A stretch of DNA of 64,000 nucleotides from Lingula anatina. Lineage: Eukaryota; Animalia; Brachiopoda. Under the pieces are notes generated by a model, which had not been told where the DNA came from, made no database searches, and was given only the letters and a program-made list of their open reading frames with translations. Positions 9,540 to 21,031 of the stretch are shown here, in pieces (the first letter of the stretch is position 1; each line of letters starts with the position of its first letter). The stretch spans positions 23,008,401 to 23,072,400 of the forward strand of contig CM120641.1 in NCBI GenBank assembly GCA_051362555.1, given 5' to 3'. The translations under genes were made by a program, and so were the position numbers.

Positions 9540-10360
9540 TGTAGCGGACCACGAGTAATTGAAGCAACACCATTGGATAATACTGCCGTTTATTCACGCA
9601 GTGAACAGAACTGAACAGAATCTGAACAGAAACTGAACAAAAACTGAACAGAAACTGGACAAAACTGGTGAAAACTATAAAAAGAAAAGAAAAAAAAAAT
9701 TATAATAACAATACAGTGAAATAAAGATAAATAAACTATATATACTAAACAACTTAATTTATGTGATCTTAACAACAAATAATTGATCTTTGCATGTGTG
9801 TAAGTTTTTACTATTTATTATTTAATTTTAAAACACTCACACTAAGACAATATCCAGACTCGCTTTCTCCGCTAGCAACTGGCTGCTCAGATACGGCCAT
9901 AGCAATCTGAGCTGGTACTGTAAATTTATTTGATAACATAAATATACATGTGCGTGTTGGTCATGAAAATGCCACTCCCATACTAACATCAACTTTAATA
10001 AACACGATGCTCATAACTTATGTTACTGATTAAACTTAAGTAAACTTATGTAAACTTTTGTAAACTACACAAAATATCTCTATATAAGTGAATTACACTT
10101 TATTTAACACAAATTTTACACAATCTACACGTAATATCGTAACATACCTCCACTCTGCCAGTAAGTATATAAATGACCGCGCAGAGTACATGCAACATCG
10201 GCTTTTATACAGTTCATCACATGACTAGATGAATAGATGTTACTTAATATTGAGCAGTGTTCTAGTGTCTTCTCTAACACAATATAAATAAACATAAGAA
10301 CAGCGTGGAAAATATAAAATAAAAATGATAACGTATATAATTTCTGCCGTGTCGGCAACA
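9540..10360 (-). repeat. LTR copy 3 (outermost 5' LTR)
   Basis: Matches copy 1 at offset +9423 and is bordered by non-element sequence at 10361. Confidence 0.88.
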
Positions 10361-11079
10361 GTTCCTGACGCCTTTTTGACATTTGACAACCGTTTTGGTG
10401 GGTTTTTCTCTCTTAAAAATTTGCTTACAGCTAGGATAGACGATAATAATTTTGGTCCTAGCTTACAGATAGCCCCCCTACTCCCTTTCGGCCCTTTGAC
10501 CGTAGATAACTGATCAGCATTTTCTGACCAAACTTTCAAATAAGAGGAAACACGTGCTGCGATAAATCATTAAACAATAAGTCTGATTTTAAAGAAGTAA
10601 GACTGATCAAGGATGAGAACAAAGACAAATTGTTTAAGTTTTTAATCGTGCCGTTGAAGCTAAATGGTAGGCCTATATTATCTACAAATCAGCGGATCTA
10701 CAATAAACAACAACAAAAATATGACAATAACCAAATACTTTATTAAAACCTAATTTTCCATGAAAGTTATTCACAGTGGATAGAGGGTTAAAACAGTCTG
10801 ATTAGAATATGTTTTCAGCACATAAACAGCTGGCACATGCACTGGGTGCAATAGGCCTATACCTGTCTGTTGCACAAAGTTGAACTCCCTTGTGCACACT
10901 AGTAATGGATCTCTGTTTCTGTTATGCCTTTAAGTGGAAGTTGTAGACCAACGTCAACAGCATATCCCAAATTCTGCATTATTTATAAAAAAAATTCATT
11001 GCATTTAAGCTTTATCTGACAGAATTTAGTCACCAATAACTTGCAGCCGCTGCCATTTCTCTGTATGTGTGTCTGCACG

Positions 11080-11470
11080 TCCGTTTCTCCATTTTCATTC
11101 ATAAAATGAAAATCAGAAAAACGAACGGACTTTCGTTTTTCTATTTGAATCGAAAACTGAATAATGAACACTTTTCGAGCCTGTCATTTCCTCAAAGACA
11201 CGGATAAAAGGGTATTTTATGATTTATTTCACCTGTTAAACATTAGAAAAAACGAAAACGGTCGATATTTATATTTTTGTATCACATCGGGGATCTGTCG
11301 ATATTGTATTTTGCATTTTATAGTAAAATATAAAAAACGAGGGCAATTTCCGTTTTTCCATTTTTCATTTTAAATGGAAAAACGAAAACTGAGTTTCATT
11401 TTCCACTACATTTTGGCCATTTCTATAAAATGAAAATGAAAAACGGCCGTTTTTTCATTTTCTGACGAAA
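11080..11470. repeat. Degenerate repeat with internal inverted TTTTCATTTT/AAAATGAAAA motifs; partial second copy at about 14390-14460
   Basis: Shared block ttttggccattt...aaaaacggcc.ttttttcattttctgacg at both places. Confidence 0.55.
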
Positions 11471-12630
11471 TGGAAATCACTTTGCCCCCCCCCCATACAC
11501 TGACACCCCCCCCCCCCCCCCCCCCCCCCCCCATACATGGACCAAATATTGTCAGAAAGATTCAAATTGTTCAAGCACTTGGTGCAATAGAAAACAGTGT
11601 TTTTTTGTTGCTGACTGAAAAATAAATTGTGATTCCATGATAGTCTGACATTTCGGATATGATATTTGGATCACGAGGGGAAAATAGTTTATTTAATACT
11701 TATTTTACTGTCGGACCCCCCTTTTTTAATATTCAGTGACAAGCAAAGTAAAGTTCCTCAAAAACAATTAAACCTTTGGTATTTGTGACGGTAACGTCTG
11801 TTCTTTTGGGATGTTAAATGATGAATTATTTTTACTATTCATGGTTCTAGGAGAGCGAAACTTGGATACATGTACAAAGTTCTTCATGTGGGACCCTAAA
11901 TAATCAAATATTATTTGCAATCTGTGCACTAAATATTTTTAAGAGCATGCCTGTGACCTCATCATCAGCAATTAAAGGACCCATAGTTTGTACTGCTCCT
12001 TTTCATGTGTTTTAAGGGTTGTAAAAAATATTTTTCTTACGTTAGCACCGGCATTACCGGCATTTTGATGTGTCAAACATATCACTCAGTTATGGCATTT
12101 TCAGTATGTGACATAAAACATGGGTCTGCCCTTAACGATTTTAGCAAAAAATGCCTATTTCTTCGTGATTTTTGAGTTATGATGGTGAAAGCGGTTTTTA
12201 TCTTGTTCTTTGTGGGTAAAATATACAGGTATATAATTATGATTATCTTGGCCTTTGGTACATTAGGAGGGGCAAATACCATGAAAAATATGCTAAAAAT
12301 CAGTAATTTTTAATATCCCAAACTTCACAGGATATGTACAGGGAATTAGTGAGGTATACAAATTCTAAAAAAAAATACTTTTAGGCACAGCCCCATTGGA
12401 AGAATAAAACATAAATGACAGACATTTCGTATTCTCAAGCAGGCCCCGAACATCATTCTCGTCTGCCCCAGTACAATTTCATTTAAATATGCCATCAATA
12501 GGTATTTGAAGAAACCCTGTTATGAGAAAGTCACTACTATGCATGCAGCTAATATAATGAATGTGAAAGCATGCATATGAATCCAGTAAACTTTGAGGTT
12601 AATCCCTCATCCTCGATTTATTTTTTATCT

Positions 12631-12797
12631 CAGGAGCGGATTTAGAGTTATTTTCTTAGTCTTCGAAATTATTTTTGTTGACCCATCTTCCATTTTTGAC
12701 CATCTTCCGACAGAAAAAATTAGATGCCCGTCAATTTAAACTTTAAAAATTTCCACCGTTTTCCGGAAGACAAAAAAACTGCTTCCATCCGCCCCTG
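12631..12797. mobile_element. hAT-like MITE
   Basis: TIRs CAGGAGCGGAT / ATCCGCCCCTG with TATCT duplicated on both sides. Confidence 0.6.
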
Positions 12798-13892
12798 TAT
12801 CTATTCTTGTTGGCGAAAATAATTCTCGTAAAGCGCCGTCTGATAAAGCAGTGGTACGCCCTATTTTTTCAATAGCACAACATATAAATCAAGCTGTTAC
12901 GCGAGATATACCCTCTGGTATCACAGGGGCCCAGGGGCCTCTAAAAGTGTATACAAAATTGAGGAATACAATAATACAATTTATGTAGCAGACCACCAGC
13001 GGACCCTGTGGTCATAGAGTACCGCGGCAGATATATTGTAGTTATGACGGTGAACCGTATGACCATAAAAAAAAAAGAAAAGAAAAGAAATAAAAATCTT
13101 AATTAACTTTTGTATTGCATCACTTCCACTGTATGACTTTATGAAGGTTATAGAAACTAGACTTTTGATAAGAAGTCATTGTCGAAACTAAGGGGATGGA
13201 GTTGTGTAGTAACATGACATAATGCCGAGAGTTCTTGTGCAAGCCGCAGCAGATAGCAGTGACATTATCGAGGAATCAATTGATGGACACAGAACAAAGA
13301 TGTTGCTTCCCGATTATTTATCAAAGACTGCAGCATGGACCTAACCCATAGAATGTCCGAATGTTCATGTGCATATTACATGAGAGGCACAACATATAGG
13401 CTAAGTCAAGCTGTTACGCGAGATAGGAATGAAGATAGTAATGAAGATAGCCATAAAGATGAAAATAATGATATTTTGTAAATGTTGTAATGATACATAT
13501 AAGTTCATGTTGTTAATGGTTTTATTGAACAGTAACGCACTGCGTTAGTGAAAAAACTACAATACCTGGTTTTACCCATGTGCTAAAATTTTGAAATGCA
13601 GCATATTGACATTTATTAGTTTCACCATTCTGACCTAATATGAGAAATATGTCTTGAGAAATATGGCAAATTTGATTATTTAGCCTGCACATTGACGCCT
13701 TTACGTGTGAAATAAACATGTTTTAAGCTAGTTTTTGTTAAACAAAAAAAGTGGTTTGATGGTCCAGAATTATTATTTACGATGTTTGATGGGTAGCATA
13801 ACGGCGTATAGTGAAGTAATACAAGTGTAACTTCATAAGGAAAATAGAAATATAACTTTTAATGGACAGGAAAAATTGTATTACTCTCAGTG

Positions 13893-13895
<3 letters not shown>

Positions 13896-13947
<52 letters not shown>
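13896..13947. repeat. (TA)n microsatellite
   Basis: Direct reading. Confidence 0.95.
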
Positions 13948-13948
<1 letters not shown>

Positions 13949-14665
13949 CAAAGTCACAGTCACCTCAACCTGTCTATCTATAACAGGGCATCGAGAACTG
14001 TCAATTTTGTTAACTTCACTCCATCACATTTACAGCGACTTATTCATCCTAGTGTTAGCTGACCTTGCAAGGAAGTTTATTGGAATGTATTTCTGAATAA
14101 CAAGTTAAGAAAATTCACGAGTTCACTAAAGACACAAAACAATTGTCACTTTTACTTTAAAACATTTTTTATTATTTTGATAAAGTTAGTTACAGTATTG
14201 ATAAACAAAGTATCACGTTTTCAATAATTAATATTTTAAATAACAATTCATGTCTTGCATCACGACGATCAACGTTGATTTTATGTTGAATTTAGGTAGA
14301 TCAATTGCATTTCAACGTATCAACCTGTTTTCAACGTTGACCCAACGTCACCATGCCTGCTGGGGAGGGAATTGAATTGAAATGAATTTTATTTTCCATT
14401 AAGTTTTGGCCATTTGTATCAAATGAAAAGGAAAAACGGCCATTTTTTCATTTTCTGACGGCCTCAAACGTCACCAAAATTGTGCAAAAAACAGAATTAT
14501 TACCGTAAATGTGACTCGTTCGTGCGGATTTTCAATAGCAACCTGTCTCTTTGCCAAACAAAGCTACTCAGAGATTTTAAAAGTAAACAAAAATATGGTT
14601 TGGTAGTTATGGGGCAAACGTCACCAAAATTGTGAAAAAAAATTAAATGTCAGTGTCTGTATATG

Positions 14666-15650
14666 AAACAAGGCAGCAAAGCTGTCAAATGTACAGACAA
14701 AAAGCAGACAATAACAATGCACAAAATAGGCTACTGTCAATTCTGATGCGAAAGTAAATTATGCTTAACTGCAAATTCAACATCAAATTTTAATTATGCT
14801 CAACAGGTAATACTGACGTAAGTAAAATGTGTAACAAGCATAAGGCTTCAGGCCAATGGGAGTTCAAGTTCACACTTTGAAAATGCCAGAATGAGAAAAA
14901 TGAAAATTTCACACAAAACTGCATAAATTCAATAATAAATGATAACCCTATTGAGCTGTTTTTCTAATTTGAACTGCATGCCAATCCTAAAAATCATACT
15001 TGTAAGTTAAAAATAATTATAAGTAATACAGTTTTCTTTTCATAATGTTTGTAGTAGCAGTGCAAAAAGATTTTTGCCAATTTTGATGTAACATTACATA
15101 ATAAATAACAGAATAATTATCACCAATTTTTGATAATTGACTATAAATAGTATGGAAATGTAGAAAACTTGATTACCATTCAGCTTCATGTCCATGGGAG
15201 CTCTGAGTCCCACAATGAATATGCCAAAACGATAATAATGAATATTTCACTAAAAACTTCCAGAAAAAGAAGCCAATTAGACTGCTTTTCCAGCTCAGGC
15301 CACATTTTAGTCCCGTGTTTCTTTTTTGAAAGTTTGACAGTCATAAGTAACATGGTTTTCCCATAATGGTCATCATGGCAACAGCACCAAAAATTGTATT
15401 TTCTTCTATTTTGATGCAACATTACATAATGCTTAACAGCATAATGACCATCAATTTTTAATAATAAAATAAAACCTATCATGGATTTTCAGAAAATGTG
15501 ACTAGCATGGGTCTTCAAGCCCGTGGAGGTTCTAAGTCACACCTTGAAAATGCCAATATGTGAAAAATTAAATTTTCACAAAAAACTGTTTAATTGCCAG
15601 AAAATCTGTGTCTGTACATAAAAAGGGACACCATCTCTAGTGTTGTGCTT
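14666..15650 (+). repeat. Interspersed repeat beginning AAACAAG with internal degenerate subrepeats (family shared with 23412-24230; fragment near 25765)
   Basis: aagctgtcaaa.gtacagacaaaaagcaga.aataa..atgcacaaaatagg at 14679 and 23426; recurring cacac.ttgaaaatgcca...gaaaaat.aaa.tttca units. The right boundary is approximate. Confidence 0.65.
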
Positions 15651-16030
15651 GACGAGCTCTATGAAATGTTGTAAAGAAGGGTTCTTAATATTTTTGTAGA
15701 CAATTACAATTTATAACAAAATCCTGGGGAAAAGTAAAAGGTCCAATCCAATGTTGCAGTAAGATTGTGAACATAAGACTCCCAAAACACTGACAAAGCC
15801 CAAAATTTAGATGGATCAAGTTCACAGGGTTCCCAGAAGAAGTGCTCTTTTGGTGGAAAAGATTTATTGTTATATATTGTTATACAAAATTTGATGTTAG
15901 TTATCAATGTCAACTGATGGCCGGGGGGAAAAAACATTTTTTCAGAAAAAAACTCTTGAAAATTGTCTACTTAGGCCTGGAATTTGCTAGTAAGATCCTA
16001 AAATGTTCTTATATTTTAATTTCTTTATAG

Positions 16031-18238
16031 ATGGCTGAGGCAAGTGAGAACAAGCAGGCAGCAAAGAAAGTTGAGAACAGTTTGATTGCTATGACTAAAG
16101 GGGAGAGCAACACCAATCTCAATATGGAACTTGTAATGAGATCTTATGCAAACTGGGAACATTTCCTGACCCCAGCCCCAATGTCAATTGCCATGTTAGG
16201 GGAGCTGATGATAATAGCAAGTGAGACCGACTTCTCCCTGGCCAAAAATCCTCCAACAGAAGGTTTTCAACACATGAAGCATCCTTCATCTTTTCGTGCC
16301 TCATTATTACAAGTATCCAATGCTGCTTATGTGGCATTTGACCAGGCTAATTCCAGTATGGACCAGATTCGTATCCGAACATTAGCAATCCCTTCTGATG
16401 TTAAGAATGCCTTGAAGATCATCATAGCAGGTGAAAATAATGAGATCAAAAGCATTGTGCCCAGGAAACTTGTCAGGATTAAAGAGTCAGCGGATAATTG
16501 TCTACAGTTGGCAAAAGAAACAGAGTCGAAGTTTCAGAGTGTGATGTTGCTGATAGCTGAAATCCTGGAGGCATGCACAAAAACCCAGGGCGAAAATGAC
16601 CAGGAGGTGGCAACCGCTCTAACTACCATAAAATTTTTGAAAGAAAGGGTGGAAAGATATCAACAAGAACAACAAAATGAACAGAAAGACCTGCAAGAAC
16701 TGAAAGAAGAGGTCCGAAAAGCCCACAAGCAGATAGAAGCTGCCATGGATGGGATGCCCTCTGCTTGGGAAACCTTGGGAATGTCTGTCATTTCGGCAGT
16801 TACCACTGGTCTTGTACATAAGTTTACCGGGATGTTAGGGTGTGTAGCAACTGCAACAGCTCAGTTACAAACACAGATAATTGAAAGTGCAAAAGAATTT
16901 GCTAATTCCAGCCAAGATTCTACTCTGAACCCTGATCAGGCCCAGCCAACAACACCCGTACAAAAGGCTAATAGTAATGTATTCGGGAAATGTTCAGAAA
17001 TATTAAAGTTTGCTGAAATCCTTAGTGATTTCATCATCAAAATGAAATCAGGCAATGAGCAGGAGACTAAGCTCAAGCTCTCGCAATATATACAAGACAC
17101 TGAAAAAGGTTCAAAGTATGTGCAGCTTCAATTCAACGCCCTTAGAGAAGAAGTGGAGAGGGAAATTGATGCTGATGAAGGAGTCAGAGGTCCTGCCATC
17201 GAAATATGTACGACAGGAGTAGAAATTGCCCAGGATCTTACCAAACTCAATGGTGAAATGAACCAACATCAAAATGAGATCGAAGAAATCAGGGGACGAG
17301 TGAAAAAGCTAATTAAAGAGGCGCAATTGTTTCAAACACGTGCAATGAAATGGCTTAAAGTTCCTCCATTTCCTTCCACCACACCACAACATGCTGTTGC
17401 ACAAGAGAAGTGTGCCTTGTCTGCAGGGCAAGATGTCTCGATTGCATTCACTGAGACTGCACGTTTTAAGACAGAACAGGCAATAAGTCTTCTAAAGAAT
17501 GCTGAAGAACGGCATGACAAAATGGCTAAAGAAATGAGGGAAAAAAATGAGGCTATCATGAATTTGATGCAGGAAATGTCAAAGCAAGATGTACGTAGGC
17601 TGGACTTGGACACCATCCGATCCACTCTATCGCGTGGAATGACTTCTTTGGCAAGAATAAGGGACCAATGGGCAAAGCTTGTAGAGTTCTTCAAAATGAT
17701 GTCCCATATAATGGAATGCGCTCTAACAGAATCCCTTGAAAAGTTCACCATCACTGTGGATGGAAAATGTGAAGACAAAACAGCGGGCCCTTTGACCCTT
17801 TCCCAGGCTGTCCGTGATGTGTTATTTGAAGAGGCTTACATGGCCATCAAGATCAGTCACCTGGTCAACATGCTGTCCACCACATATTGTGAGGTTTCAA
17901 AGGACCACATCATGGGTCGTATTGGGGTCCTCTACCATATCGTGGCAATGGACCCAAAATACCAGTTAGAAGATATGAAACATCAGCAAAAACAACTTCT
18001 TCATGGTTGTCAGGAAGCTCAGAGGAAGATCCAAGAGCTTGCTTGCTCCAATGCTGAGGAGTTTCATGCCACCATCCAAGGAAGAATAAATCGTATTGAG
18101 CATGAAGTCAACGCTTTGCTGCCTCCCCCAGCAACCCCCGAAGCAGCTGCTGCTATAGAGCAGAAGAGAGTTGAAATCAAGGAAGTCATTGCAAGAGCTG
18201 ACCAGGAAGAAGATCAAAATGTAACTGAATGGTTGTAA
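16031..18238 (+). CDS. Uncharacterised 735-aa all-alpha/coiled-coil protein (zgc:162509-like family; possible ClyA/Hbl-type pore-forming fold)
   Basis: Long uninterrupted ORF with a splice acceptor (ttttaatttctttatag) directly before the ATG. N-terminal YANWEHFLTPAPMSIAMLGEL...HPSSFRASLLQV motif recalled from this family. A central hydrophobic segment lies between coiled coils. Confidence 0.85.
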   Translation: MAEASENKQAAKKVENSLIAMTKGESNTNLNMELVMRSYANWEHFLTPAPMSIAMLGELMIIASETDFSLAKNPPTEGFQHMKHPSSFRASLLQVSNAAYVAFDQANSSMDQIRIRTLAIPSDVKNALKIIIAGENNEIKSIVPRKLVRIKESADNCLQLAKETESKFQSVMLLIAEILEACTKTQGENDQEVATALTTIKFLKERVERYQQEQQNEQKDLQELKEEVRKAHKQIEAAMDGMPSAWETLGMSVISAVTTGLVHKFTGMLGCVATATAQLQTQIIESAKEFANSSQDSTLNPDQAQPTTPVQKANSNVFGKCSEILKFAEILSDFIIKMKSGNEQETKLKLSQYIQDTEKGSKYVQLQFNALREEVEREIDADEGVRGPAIEICTTGVEIAQDLTKLNGEMNQHQNEIEEIRGRVKKLIKEAQLFQTRAMKWLKVPPFPSTTPQHAVAQEKCALSAGQDVSIAFTETARFKTEQAISLLKNAEERHDKMAKEMREKNEAIMNLMQEMSKQDVRRLDLDTIRSTLSRGMTSLARIRDQWAKLVEFFKMMSHIMECALTESLEKFTITVDGKCEDKTAGPLTLSQAVRDVLFEEAYMAIKISHLVNMLSTTYCEVSKDHIMGRIGVLYHIVAMDPKYQLEDMKHQQKQLLHGCQEAQRKIQELACSNAEEFHATIQGRINRIEHEVNALLPPPATPEAAAAIEQKRVEIKEVIARADQEEDQNVTEWL

Positions 18239-18633
18239 TCATTTCCTGAGTTAATATCTTTGAAATAAGACAGGAGTGACTTTTACATGACAGCACAAAT
18301 GATATCTGTAGTGCTGTCTGCATGCCTGTACTAAACATTCCACAGGAATTAAAAAAAACTGTTAAAGGATTCCAAGTCAATAAGCCAATAAGTCTTAATT
18401 TTTTCTGGGGTAAACAGCATTTCCCAACCCCAATTTACAAACCTTCGATCTTCCTTTTCTGACACTCGCCCCAACTCTGTAACAATTTTAGAAAAGCAAA
18501 AGATAAAACCTGTGCTTATTTGTAAGCACAGGTTTCAGATACACCAATCACTCAGTGACTTGTCTTCTGGGTATCACAAGTCTCATGCTGTGACTCAGTT
18601 AAAACTAGTGCATGCTGCCTGTGAACCCAAATT

Positions 18634-18674
18634 GGATCAAGATGGTTGACTACTGGATCAAGATGGTTGACTAC
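18634..18674. repeat. 21-bp tandem duplication GGATCAAGATGGTTGACTAC(T)
   Basis: Two adjacent copies. Confidence 0.9.
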
Positions 18675-21031
18675 CAAGTTGGACAGGGGACGGTGAATAT
18701 CATTAATTTCTGTAATATTAATTAAGGCAATTTATCTGTATTTGTACATATGTTTTAAAAGTTTTGTCTTCAGATAAGTTCAACAAGAAGTGATTCATGC
18801 ACTTACAATGCATTCTTAATCCTGGCTTGGATTAATTGCTTTATGTATATAATACTGATTCTGTGCTGTGAGAATTCTTAGGATTTTCAATGTTTTAGGT
18901 GGTTTAATAAGGTCAATCTAGCATCCCGCACAGCATCTCATATCTCCAGTAAACATCTGACACAATTTTGTAAGACTATTTTTCTTTTAAAAAAAATATG
19001 AAAAGAAAGGAGCAAATGTGAAATGGAAGGAAAACACTTTAGAATAGCCCTCCAGTATATACTGTTAATATTAGTCTATGCCCTTTTACATTTGACACTG
19101 GGAGAGGTGAAAATTTGCATCTTTACTTGGCATTCAACTGAGTTGAAAAGTGTATAAATTATAAGAACATCAGAAAGTGAGAAAGACACTAAGAATATTT
19201 TTTCCATTATTATTTGTTTGTTCATGTATGGAGTGGGGCAACAAAAATAGCATGTATCAACCATGAACCCTGCTCCTAACCACTGAAACTTAATCATTGT
19301 GGAGTGTTATACATTAGGTTTATATTAACATAAGGTCACACCTGACAAATCTTTTTTGTAAATAGCCTCTTTATCATATTTGTTAAATTGAAAAAACTGA
19401 AAACCAAGAAGTTGTTGAAATGATAGTGTTATCCAATTGAATGTGTTAACTGATAAAGTAAACGTGCCAACATGTAACATCCATGCTTGATCATTTGTGA
19501 CCTCTACAAGAGGTGAAGAAATGTTATTTTGCTAGTAACAAAAAAAATTTCAAATTGTTTAAAAATGGTTTATTTATCTTTTATTTAATGTAAACAAGAA
19601 ATGGCACAAATTCAGTTAATCAAAAGAATACTAATAGGTATTTCATCAATGAAAATGACAATTTTTGACAAATGTAATCAAGTAATACTTACAGAGTGAT
19701 ACATAGTGATATTTCCTTTACCGGAACTAAATGTTTCAATTTCAACATGTGAGAAAAAATGGTACTCTCACACTATTTAATCAAGTTGATAAGTGCACTT
19801 TTAATGAAAAATTACCACAATTGTGTATCACAGTAATAAATTGTATTTGTAAGCTGTAATTTTTTCCACAATCAGTAAACAACTTTGTTATGTATAATAA
19901 AAATTAACATTTTGCACCCATTTTGAACATGTTCTCATGTATTAATATAATATTCCTGACAACTTGAAAAGGGAAAAAAATGATAACAAAACAAAACAAA
20001 AGTTACCAACAACTTCCCCTCTTAGAGTCCAATCAATAACAGAAAATTAACAGAGCTAAAATTACAATATCTCATTGATAATTTGGAAAAAATAATCAGG
20101 GTACATCATATAATAACAGTGGTCTGTGAAAGTCTGCACATATAAGAGATACAAGTTCAAATAGAAAAATAAATTTCACCAAAATGCAGAAGTGATCTAC
20201 CAGTACATGTCAATATTACAGTGACAAGTTTTGTAATCATTGAAATACTTTTTAGTACTACCTTGACAACCAATGTAAAGAGATTAATTATGAAATATCT
20301 CTCTCTTTAATTTGGATGTACCCTTAATGTTTTAAATAAGGCAGTTTAACATGCTATCTCAATCTTGTATGAATAGTTTTAAAAAATCACGTTCGTATGA
20401 AGTGTATTTAATACATGTAGCAGTTTATACCTTTATCATGGAAATGTGTCAGTGTGAAAGAATATTATTTTTATTGCACTCACTGAATAATTTAAGCAAT
20501 GTAATACAAGGGAAAAATAATATCAAATCAATAAAAAAAATAGTAATATTTTCAACATTAAATAAACAATCACTCTTTTGTCAACAGAGGAATAATAAAT
20601 TATAATTTGATAAATGAACAAATTCAGTTATACAGCCATTATTATCATATTACAACTACTTTGGCTGTAAATGCACATGTAAACGGCCCATCACGACTAC
20701 TGGGCCTTACCTCAATTCTTGTACCTACTTAACAAGGCATTATATGACATTTCATGGTGGACTGGATTGGAAGACCTAATCAGCAGTGCATAATCACCCA
20801 AACACCACAAAACAAACCGACTCATACATCTTGATCAAACTTGGAATCATTTCTGATTATTTTACTTCGTCTGTCAAAAGTTTTGTATGAAAGTAACTCA
20901 CTTCTACAAAAATTATTTCAGGTCAGGTGGAAAATTACAGTATACAACATATACTCCAATCTTCTCTCCAAACTCTTGGTTGAAACATTCAGGACACGTG
21001 GCAGTGGCATTGATAAAGTTTAGGTCTTGGT

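Larger units (their letters stand above)
1..10360 (-). mobile_element. Tandem array of a BEL/Pao LTR retrotransposon lacking RT/RNase H (LTR-int-LTR-int-LTR-int..., continues past the window start)
   Basis: Period is 4712/4711 bp. The two 1243-codon ORFs translate identically and the only difference seen is the poly-A length (42 vs 41). The array ends at TGTTGCCGAC (minus strand, 10360); unique flank follows (GTTCC is the candidate 5-bp TSD). Confidence 0.95.

Noticed and set aside
11485-11532. Poly-C runs (G-quadruplex potential)
   Set aside because: Simple homopolymers with no supporting context.
14265-14364. AACGTTGA-rich fragment ending GCCTGCTGGG resembling a DNA-transposon end
   Set aside because: Only one terminus is visible, which is not enough to call an element.
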